From Pseudomonadota bacterium (lineage in GTDB: Bacteria; Pseudomonadota; Alphaproteobacteria; Rhizobiales; Rhizobiaceae): DNA of 64,000 nucleotides. Made by a program: the position numbers and the translations under genes. Shown in pieces: positions 19,772-28,067 of this stretch. The DNA lies in NCBI GenBank assembly GCA_039816825.1, contig JBCBXA010000005.1, positions 537 through 64,536 of the forward strand, written 5' to 3'. The notes beneath the pieces were generated by a model that saw only the letters and a list, made by a program, of their open reading frames with translations, made no database searches and was not told the origin of the DNA. The first letter of the stretch is position 1. Each line of letters begins with the position of its first letter.

Positions 19772-20532
19772 TTCTTCCGGAAGATAACGCTCGCAAGCCA
19801 TCCGGCAAACATGGCCAGCGCAACGGTTACCAGACCATAGTAAAGGCCATGGTTCTGAGCGGCATCATAGGTGAATGCCTCAAAGCCGGACTTGCTGACC
19901 GTGAATTCCGTGGCGGCCGTGTCGAGCAATGCGCCATCCGTGAAAAGATATCCCCGCACGATGTGGCTACCGATGGGCACGTTGGCCGGTATTTCGACCC
20001 GAGCCTTGAAAAGAACGGGTGTGAGGAACCCGATGGCTCCGACGTTCTGCACGTAAAGGCCCTTGTCGAGCTTGAGCCGTTTAAACGCCTCCCGGAACTC
20101 TTCGTCGCTGTTCTGGATCGCAATGGGTACTGAAGGCAGCCCGATACCCAAGCCTCGGAAGGTGACCTCGTTGGCGATTTCATCGAGAGGACGGGTCGTC
20201 GAAACCGAGTAGGACCCCGGTGCCGCCTGAACACTTCGCCCCTGCGTATTGACCCAGATCCCCAGTACGCGCTCTTTGAGGCGCACCTCGGACATCTCGC
20301 TGGGTCCCTGAAGTTCCACCACGACATCATAGTGCTGGGTGTCACCAAAACGGGCGAGACCATCCTCCACCGAACCGAAGATGGTCAGATCGGTGCCGTT
20401 GAAATCAGAGCCAATGGAGATCTCTTCGCGACCCAAGCCAATGTGCAACTCTTCCGCAGCCGCGCCAGATGTCATCAGGAGCGGTACGAGGATGCCCATC
20501 AGAATTAGCATCGAATTCAGCAGACGGACCAT
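19768..20532 (-). CDS. TIGR02186-like alphaproteobacterial membrane/periplasmic protein
   Basis: Signal peptide, about 200-aa periplasmic domain, single C-terminal TM ('LVTVALAMFAGWLASVIF'). GGAGG SD before the ATG at 20532. Follows a TauE/SafE gene, as is usual for this family. Confidence 0.6.
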   Translation of the reverse strand: MVRLLNSMLILMGILVPLLMTSGAAAEELHIGLGREEISIGSDFNGTDLTIFGSVEDGLARFGDTQHYDVVVELQGPSEMSEVRLKERVLGIWVNTQGRSVQAAPGSYSVSTTRPLDEIANEVTFRGLGIGLPSVPIAIQNSDEEFREAFKRLKLDKGLYVQNVGAIGFLTPVLFKARVEIPANVPIGSHIVRGYLFTDGALLDTAATEFTVSKSGFEAFTYDAAQNHGLYYGLVTVALAMFAGWLASVIFRKK

Positions 20533-20533
20533 C

Positions 20534-21466
20534 TCAGTGCCCTCCGCCGACAAATGTTTGAATGGAGTAAAGCTCGTCCGGTGTCAGCACCAGGTCGATC
20601 AGGAGCCGTGCGCATACAGCCAGAACGATCAAAGCCAGCAGGGCTCTCAGCTGTTCTGCACGCAGCCTCTGTCCGACGCGAACGCCCATCTGGGCTCCAA
20701 TGACGCCGCCGATGATGAGCGTAAGGCCGAGAATGATGTCCACGGTCTGGTTGGTGTGTGCCTGAATGACCGTTGTGTAGGCCGTCACAAACATGATCTG
20801 AAACAGCGATGTCCCGATCACCACATTGGTCGGCACCTTCAGAAGGTAGATCATGGCGGGCACCATGATGAACCCGCCGCCCACGCCCATGATAGAGGCC
20901 AGAATGCCAACCAATGCACCGAGCGCCAGAACCGGGATTGCGGACAGATAGAGCCGGGAGCGCTTGAACTTCATTTTCAGCGGAAGCCCATGGATCCAGT
21001 TATGGTCTCCAGGCTTGCGCATCTCGCCGCTGCCGCCGGACTTCTTCACCTTACGGATCGCGTTGAGGCTTTCGATCAGCATGAGCGTGCCGATGCCACC
21101 GAGGAAAACAACGTAAAGGATCGAAATCACCAGATCGAGCTGACCAAGACTGCGCAGGATCCGGAACAGCTGAACCCCGATGGTGGATCCGACAAGGCCT
21201 CCGCATAAGAGGACCAGTCCGAGCTTGATGTCGACCGTCTGTCGCCTGAGATTGGCCAGCGTTCCCGAGAAGGAAGACGCGGCCACCTGGGCGGCTTCCG
21301 TGGCCACGGCGACGGCGGGCGGAATGTTGTAGAAGATCAGGAGAGGCGTCATCAGGAAACCGCCGCCAACCCCGAACATGCCCGACAGAAAGCCCACCGC
21401 TCCCCCCATGGCGAGCAGCACGAAGATGTTCACCGACATTTCCGCAATGGGCAGATAGACGTACAT
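20534..21466 (-). CDS. TauE/SafE-family anion (sulfite-type) exporter
   Basis: 310 aa, two repeated 4-TM halves with 'GGAVGFLSGMFGVGGGF' and 'GILASIMGVGGGF' motifs. Confidence 0.8.
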   Translation of the reverse strand: MYVYLPIAEMSVNIFVLLAMGGAVGFLSGMFGVGGGFLMTPLLIFYNIPPAVAVATEAAQVAASSFSGTLANLRRQTVDIKLGLVLLCGGLVGSTIGVQLFRILRSLGQLDLVISILYVVFLGGIGTLMLIESLNAIRKVKKSGGSGEMRKPGDHNWIHGLPLKMKFKRSRLYLSAIPVLALGALVGILASIMGVGGGFIMVPAMIYLLKVPTNVVIGTSLFQIMFVTAYTTVIQAHTNQTVDIILGLTLIIGGVIGAQMGVRVGQRLRAEQLRALLALIVLAVCARLLIDLVLTPDELYSIQTFVGGGH

Positions 21467-21727
21467 CTGCGGCCTTACTGTGCGTTCGTCTTCGTCAGAC
21501 CTGATCGTCGCCCGCTGGCTGATGCGGCAAAGCCGCCAGCTGCCTTTTCGTCTCGGTAAGATGGCAAGGCTTGGCGGTTTGCAGTCTGCGCGCAGGCAAC
21601 AGGCTTGCGCTTTGCCATGCGCCCGCTTGGGCGGCCTGTCAAATGTCCAGAGGGGCTAAGGCGTCGATTGATTTTGTTTTGAGACCAGAGACTTGTCGCT
21701 TGATGCTCTTTGGCACCATTGATGCCG

Positions 21728-22315
21728 CTAGCCAGGCTGACCACCGGCCTTCCGGACCTCGGCTCGCGTATCGACGTCCAGCGTTGCTGCGTTGCCAATA
21801 TCGACAAGCTCGGCACCCTCGACCAGCGCCTTTGCACCCTGATCTCCGGACAGGTTGCGAAGCATCGGAACGTGCTTTGAAGGAAAGAGAATAGGGTGGC
21901 CCGGCGCGTCCCTGTTCGCGCCCCGAACGATCTGTTGGGCTCCAAGCTTTTGCCATCTGGCGATAATTGCGTCGAAGTGCGGGGTGTCCAAATCCGGCAT
22001 GTCGGCAAAGGCCAACAGCAGTCCCTGCTTCGACACCCGGCTAGCGGCGCATGCGATGCTTGTGCCCATGCCATCGGCATGCTTGGGATTGTGAATGATT
22101 TGCACGGGGAGGTCTCTCAACGCTTCTGTGACCCGCGCTTGATCGTGTCCTATCACAACGCGAACCTCCATACAGAGGCTGTCGAGCAAGCGCTTTGCCT
22201 GACGCCGTACCAGTGGTTTGTCGTCAAACAGGGCCAGAACCTTGCTGGCCCCCTCCATGCGCCTTGCCTGACCCGCTGCCAGCAAGACGCCGACAACATT
22301 CTGTGTGTCAGCCAT
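21728..22315 (-). CDS. MobA/MocA-like nucleotidyltransferase
   Basis: N-terminal 'GVLLAAGQARRM' (LAGGxSxRMG-type) motif. 195 aa. Start overlaps the dcd stop by 8 nt. Confidence 0.6.
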   Translation of the reverse strand: MADTQNVVGVLLAAGQARRMEGASKVLALFDDKPLVRRQAKRLLDSLCMEVRVVIGHDQARVTEALRDLPVQIIHNPKHADGMGTSIACAASRVSKQGLLLAFADMPDLDTPHFDAIIARWQKLGAQQIVRGANRDAPGHPILFPSKHVPMLRNLSGDQGAKALVEGAELVDIGNAATLDVDTRAEVRKAGGQPG

Positions 22316-23414
22316 CGACGAAGTGCTTGGAGAGCTTCAGACCCTGCGCCTGATAGTTGCTCTTGATATCTGAGCCGTAAAGCATGCCAGGACGCTCAGC
22401 CATTCGCTCATAGAACAGTGAGCCGACCAACTGTCCGTGCTCAAGAATGAACGGCACTTCATGGCTGCGCACTTCCAGCACGGCGCGGCTGCCTTTGCCC
22501 CCTGCTGCGTCATGCCCAAAGCCGGGATCGAAGAAGCCCGCATAGTGAACCCGAAATTCACCGACCAAAGGGTCGAAGGGCACCATCTCCGCCGCAAACA
22601 TGGGTGGCACATGCACGGCTTCTGCCGAGACGAGGATGTAGAACTGGTCTGGATCGAGAACCAGCTCCGGCGCTCCGCGCCGGTGAATGGGTTCCCAATA
22701 GTCCAGCACCGTATGGGTGCCGGGCTTGTCCACATCCACAACCGCCGTGTGGCGTTTGCCTCTATACCCCACCAGGCCATCGGCATTGCCCTCAAGATCA
22801 ATGGACACGGAGACTGCCCCGTTTGCGATGACCGGTCGGCCGCCAGTCGCCAAATTTTCCGCTGCGTGGAGAATGTCGAGTTCCGCCGCCGTCAGCCGCG
22901 GATGGCCGGCCCGGAAACGGATTTGGCTCAGTCGAGAGCCGGTGCGCGCCACAATGGGGAACGTCCGTGGCGAGACTTCGAGGTAGAGAGGGCCATCATA
23001 GCCCGCCGGAATCTGATCGAATTCCTGCCCGCCATCGGTGATGACGCGCGTGAAAACGTCCAGGCGGCCCGTTGAGCTTTTCGGGTTTGCAGATGCCGCT
23101 ATGGATGAAGGCAGGCTGAGGCTCTCCAGCAGAGGAACGATGTAGACGCAGCCGGTCTCAAACACCGCGCCATCCGTCAGATCGAACTCGTGCAGCTTGA
23201 AGCGTTCGAGTTTGTCTGAGACGGGAACGCCAGGCCCGGGCAGGAAGCTGGCCCGCACGCGGTAGGCGCGCTCTCCTAAGCGGAGGTCAAGGCTGGCGGG
23301 CTGCACCTGGCCGTCCGCTGCAGGCATCGCCAGCTTCAGGCAGCCATCGGCCACCAGATTGTTGATCTGTTGACTGGCCAGAATGCCATCGAGGCTGTTC
23401 CAAGCGGTGCTCAT
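22308..23414 (-). CDS. dcd: 2'-deoxycytidine 5'-triphosphate deaminase (long alphaproteobacterial form)
   Basis: About 368 aa with duplicated dUTPase-like fold and 'FFDPGFG' motif. The start is ambiguous (GTG at 23423 or ATG at 23414). Confidence 0.75.
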   Translation of the reverse strand: MSTAWNSLDGILASQQINNLVADGCLKLAMPAADGQVQPASLDLRLGERAYRVRASFLPGPGVPVSDKLERFKLHEFDLTDGAVFETGCVYIVPLLESLSLPSSIAASANPKSSTGRLDVFTRVITDGGQEFDQIPAGYDGPLYLEVSPRTFPIVARTGSRLSQIRFRAGHPRLTAAELDILHAAENLATGGRPVIANGAVSVSIDLEGNADGLVGYRGKRHTAVVDVDKPGTHTVLDYWEPIHRRGAPELVLDPDQFYILVSAEAVHVPPMFAAEMVPFDPLVGEFRVHYAGFFDPGFGHDAAGGKGSRAVLEVRSHEVPFILEHGQLVGSLFYERMAERPGMLYGSDIKSNYQAQGLKLSKHFVDG

Positions 23415-23477
23415 AGCTCCCACTTAATCATGATCATCATTTGACGAAAGCGCAGCGCCGTGGCAGAGCCTCCTTAT

Positions 23478-23532
23478 CCCGTGGTGATTTGCCGATCAGC
23501 TTGCAGCCACGTTAAACAAGTCGCTAAGGGGT
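23478..23532 (+). promoter_or_regulatory. Probable SAM-II (metA-type) riboswitch in the metZ leader
   Basis: 'GUGGUGAUUUGCCGAUCAGCUUGCAGCCACGUUAAACAAGUCGCUAAGG' matches my recollection of the SAM-II consensus (GAUUU...GCUU...GCCAC.UUAAA..AAGUCGCUAA). Lies upstream of a methionine biosynthesis gene in an alphaproteobacterium. Confidence 0.55.
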
Positions 23533-23546
23533 CCTGCGGTCAGTGG

Positions 23547-23590
23547 CCGGTCAGCCTCATGCTTTTGGGCATTAGCGACCGGTCTTTTTT
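23547..23590 (+). terminator. Possible leader terminator/attenuator between the riboswitch and metZ
   Basis: CCGGTC...GACCGG stem with inner ATGC/GCAT pairing, followed by TCTTTTTT (23583..23590). Ends 44 nt before the metZ ATG. Confidence 0.4.
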
Positions 23591-23633
23591 ATGCCCGCCT
23601 CTCAGTTGGTGCGGGTTCAGTACGGAGCCAGTC

Positions 23634-24836
23634 ATGACCGCGTCTGACCAACAGGCCAACAAGCCAAACCGTCACCTCGCCACAGAAATGGTGCATGCTG
23701 GCACGACCCGCAGCCAGTGGGGCGAGACGTCCGAAGCCCTGCATCTGACTCAGGGTTTTGTCTACGACAGCGCCGAAGCCGCCGAAGCCCGCTTCAAGGG
23801 CGATGATCCCGGCTTCATCTATTCGCGTTACGCAAACCCCACCGTCGACATGTTTGAGAAGCGCATGTGTGCCCTCGAGGGTGCTGAGGACGCGCGCGCG
23901 TTCACCTCGGGCATGGCGGCGGTGACGGCCAGTCTGATGTGTCAGCTCAGCGCCGGCGATCACATCGTCGCTGCACGTGCCCTGTTCGGCTCCTGTCGGT
24001 GGGTGTGCGAAACATTGCTGCCCAAAATGGGTGTCGCCTGCACCCTGGTGGATGGCCGCGATCTGAAGGCGTGGGACGCGGCAACCCGGGACAACACGAA
24101 GGTCTACTTCCTGGAGAGTCCCACCAACCCAACGCTGGAACTAGTGGATATTCGCGGTGTGGCCAACCTCGCAAACATGCGCGGCATCAAGGTGGTGGTC
24201 GACAATGTGTTCGCTACGCCGATCTGGCAGAAGCCGCTGGAACTCGGGGCGCATATTGTCGTCTATTCCGCGACCAAACACATTGACGGCCAGGGTCGAT
24301 GTCTGGGCGGTGTCGTTCTGTCGGATAAAGAGTGGATCGACGATCATCTTCACGACCACTTCCGCCATACCGGGCCGGGCATCAGCCCGTTCAACGCCTG
24401 GGTGCTGCTCAAAGGGCTGGAGACGCTGGAACTGCGCGTGCAACGACAGACCGACAGCGCAGCCAAGCTTGCGGATCTGCTGGCCGATCACGATGCCGTA
24501 TCGAAGGTCATCTACCCCGGCCGAAAGGACCATCCGCAATATGACGTAGCCCAGCGCCAGATGGGTGGGGGGTCGACTCTGGTGGCGTTCGAACTGAAGG
24601 GCGGCAAGAAGGCCGCCTTCGCCTTCGAGAACGCTCTCAATGTGATCCAGATCTCCAACAATCTGGGGGACGCAAAGAGCCTCGTCACACACCCGGCGAC
24701 AACCACGCACAAGAACCTAAGCGACGAGGATCGTGTGGAGCTTTCCATCACCGACGGCACCGTCCGGCTCAGCGTGGGCCTCGAAGATGTGCGGGATCTC
24801 TGCTCTGATGTTGAACATGCTTTGGCGGTGATCTGA
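23634..24836 (+). CDS. metZ: O-succinylhomoserine sulfhydrylase
   Basis: Cys/Met-metabolism PLP enzyme. 'YSRYANPT', 'SATKHIDGQGR' (PLP lysine), C-terminal 'THPATTTH'. Start at 'MTASDQQ' (the tracked ORF starts at 23460). Confidence 0.85.
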   Translation: MTASDQQANKPNRHLATEMVHAGTTRSQWGETSEALHLTQGFVYDSAEAAEARFKGDDPGFIYSRYANPTVDMFEKRMCALEGAEDARAFTSGMAAVTASLMCQLSAGDHIVAARALFGSCRWVCETLLPKMGVACTLVDGRDLKAWDAATRDNTKVYFLESPTNPTLELVDIRGVANLANMRGIKVVVDNVFATPIWQKPLELGAHIVVYSATKHIDGQGRCLGGVVLSDKEWIDDHLHDHFRHTGPGISPFNAWVLLKGLETLELRVQRQTDSAAKLADLLADHDAVSKVIYPGRKDHPQYDVAQRQMGGGSTLVAFELKGGKKAAFAFENALNVIQISNNLGDAKSLVTHPATTTHKNLSDEDRVELSITDGTVRLSVGLEDVRDLCSDVEHALAVI

Positions 24837-24842
24837 CAACCA

Positions 24843-24860
24843 CTCGACAGTTCTGTCGAG
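24843..24860 (+). terminator. Short perfect hairpin after metZ
   Basis: CTCGACA-gttc-TGTCGAG (7-bp stem) 7 nt after the metZ stop. No T run, so it could equally be an operator for the next gene. Confidence 0.25.
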
Positions 24861-24868
24861 CGGTCTAG

Positions 24869-26086
<1,218 letters not shown>

Positions 26087-26134
26087 GTCGCAAGTGTAGC
26101 CTACGCTCAGCGACTTGCAGTTTTTGGAAGGCAA

Positions 26135-26162
26135 GGCGTGCCCCGACATGTGCCGGGGCGCC
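26135..26162. terminator. GC-rich hairpin between convergent genes
   Basis: GGCG-tg-CCCCG ... CGGGG-CGCC stem. Sits in the 134-bp gap between the convergent OYE and reductase genes. The flanking T run is weak. Confidence 0.35.
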
Positions 26163-26220
26163 TTCGCTCAGCCTTGGGCCTTGAGCAGCGACTGCTGCAA
26201 ACCGACGCCGGGGCGGTGCG

Positions 26221-26859
26221 CTAGCTTAGTCCGCATCGGGTAAAGGCGACCGTTGACGGGTTTTTGGATGAAAAGGCTTGGCTCATCCAAAGGAGAGCAA
26301 AACTCTCGAGCAAGCGAGCATTCGCTAGGCCTCCCACATGGATGGGATCGAGGCCCATGCGCTTCAGCAGGTCTGCGATTTTGTCGGCTACTTCCTGCTG
26401 ATCGCAGGCGATCCCCATGACGGGCGCTGGCGATAGTTTGCTAAGCCCATTGAGCACTGGCGCGCCCAGTTGGTTGAGCGTCTTCACTACTGTTGCGCCG
26501 GGTGTTTGCTTAGCAATTAACTCAGAGGCAGAGCTGTTTGCGTCAATGACCAGACTCATTCCGGTCGGGCCGTAGGTCACGGGGTTCGTGCAGTCGATGA
26601 TGAGGCGCCCGTTCATGTCGCCCAACTCGGAAACCGCATTCAGCGTAGTCTCCCAAGGTGTCGCGAGGAATATCGCTTCTGTGTCGGCCGAAACCGGCCC
26701 CGTCTTCATAAGCTCAACACCACTCATAGACCTGAGCGGCGCATATTTTTCGTCGGCAGGCTCTGGCACCCGAAGAATTGCGCTGTATCCGGCTGACGTC
26801 AGAAGACGCGCCAGTTCCGTTCCCAGCTGTCCTCCTCCAACAATCTCGTAGTCTGCCAT
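26221..26859 (-). CDS. NAD(P)-binding oxidoreductase (NADPH-dependent F420 reductase-like)
   Basis: 212 aa, N-terminal Rossmann 'IVGGGQLG', GAGGAG SD. Divergent from an HxlR regulator, a common pairing. Confidence 0.6.
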   Translation of the reverse strand: MADYEIVGGGQLGTELARLLTSAGYSAILRVPEPADEKYAPLRSMSGVELMKTGPVSADTEAIFLATPWETTLNAVSELGDMNGRLIIDCTNPVTYGPTGMSLVIDANSSASELIAKQTPGATVVKTLNQLGAPVLNGLSKLSPAPVMGIACDQQEVADKIADLLKRMGLDPIHVGGLANARLLESFALLWMSQAFSSKNPSTVAFTRCGLS

Positions 26860-26964
26860 CGCTGATGCTCCTCACAACTGGGTTTGCTTCCCAACAACCC
26901 AACGCTAAGACGGTGCATACCTTGTGAGAAGTACCGTCTTTTTTGTCAGTGTGGAGGGTTTAAA

Positions 26965-27282
26965 GTGGCGAACATATCCTGCCCCGTTCAAACGGCAGTC
27001 GATGTCATCGGGGGCAAATGGAAACCCGGATTGTTATATCGCATGCGGGGCGAACCGCTCCGGCTGAGCGAACTTCGCCGCCAGATGCCCTGGATCTCCG
27101 AGCGGGTGCTCATTCGTCAGCTAAAAGAACTGGTGGAAGACGGCATACTGGAACGCCGTGACTACCGGGAAATGCCGCCGCGGGTGGATTATCGCCTAAC
27201 GGACTATGGCTGGTCTGTGATGCCGATCATGGACGCGGTGGCCGAATGGGGTGCCGGGCACCCAAAGCGCGACAACGGCTAG
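26965..27282 (+). CDS. HxlR-family transcriptional regulator
   Basis: 'CPVQTAVDVIGGKWKPGLLYRM...LSELRRQMPWISERVLIRQLKELVEDGILER' is the HxlR winged-helix signature. GTG start at 26965 after GGAGGG. Confidence 0.8.
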   Translation: MANISCPVQTAVDVIGGKWKPGLLYRMRGEPLRLSELRRQMPWISERVLIRQLKELVEDGILERRDYREMPPRVDYRLTDYGWSVMPIMDAVAEWGAGHPKRDNG

Positions 27283-28067
27283 GCGCACAATTCCGAGCCT
27301 GCGATGGGGAACACATTGCCCTGGCTGACAAGCACAGCGTGCCAGCGCTTGCGGTCAAACAGGCCGTGAAACGGTTCCGAGCACACGTTCAAACCGCCGG
27401 TGAAAGCGCCGAAGGCTGGCAGGATCAGTCTGTCTCCATCACTGATAAAGCAGGGGCGGCGCACCGCTCTCGACCGCCGCGCGATTTTGCCTGCAGGGTG
27501 CAGATGGCCTGCCACTTCGCCTTTGGCGGGGCCTGCGGTCGGCTCGTGTCGAAAGATCAGGCCGCCCTCATGCCACTCTTCTACGGTTGTGCCGGGCAGG
27601 CCCTCGGGAGGCTCCGGGTCGTGATTGCCCGTCACCCAAATCCATTCCCGGTGGGCCATCAAGGCCACAAGCGCATTCCGCCAATCCTCCGGCATGCGGG
27701 CGGATCCGCCAACGTCGTGAAAGGCGTCACCCAGCGAGATGATGCGACTGGGGGCATAACGCATCACCGCGTCAGACAGGCGCGATAGGGTGATGCCGGT
27801 GTCGTAGGGCGGCACCATCATGCCGCGCCGGGCGAAGGAGGAGCCCTTCTCGAAATGCATGTCGGCAACGACAAGCGTGGAGGTCTCCGGCCAGAAGAGC
27901 ACGCCGGAATGGTCGGCCACGCATTCCACACCAGCCACCGTGAAACTCGCTGCCGTTTGGGTTGCAGCCGGTGCTTCCCTCTCGATTTTGGCCAGCTCCG
28001 CCAGCGCTTCCTCCCCCTGTGCAGACAATTCTGTCTGCCGTTGCGTGCGGTCGTGCCCGTCGCTCAC
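27279..28067 (-). CDS. pdeM: Ligase-associated DNA damage response metallophosphoesterase PdeM
   Basis: 'VADMHFEKG', 'LGDAFHD', 'GNHD', 'GHLHP' calcineurin-like metal ligands. Start overlaps the stop of the Lhr-like helicase by 4 nt. Confidence 0.8.
   Translation of the reverse strand: MSDGHDRTQRQTELSAQGEEALAELAKIEREAPAATQTAASFTVAGVECVADHSGVLFWPETSTLVVADMHFEKGSSFARRGMMVPPYDTGITLSRLSDAVMRYAPSRIISLGDAFHDVGGSARMPEDWRNALVALMAHREWIWVTGNHDPEPPEGLPGTTVEEWHEGGLIFRHEPTAGPAKGEVAGHLHPAGKIARRSRAVRRPCFISDGDRLILPAFGAFTGGLNVCSEPFHGLFDRKRWHAVLVSQGNVFPIAGSELCA

Noticed and set aside
21475-22080. 201-aa ORF spanning the 260-bp TauE / MobA-like intergenic region.
   Set aside because: It is Arg/Ser/Pro-rich and overlaps the MobA-like gene in another frame. 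I also looked for an sRNA or terminator here and found only several short GC hairpins without T tracts.
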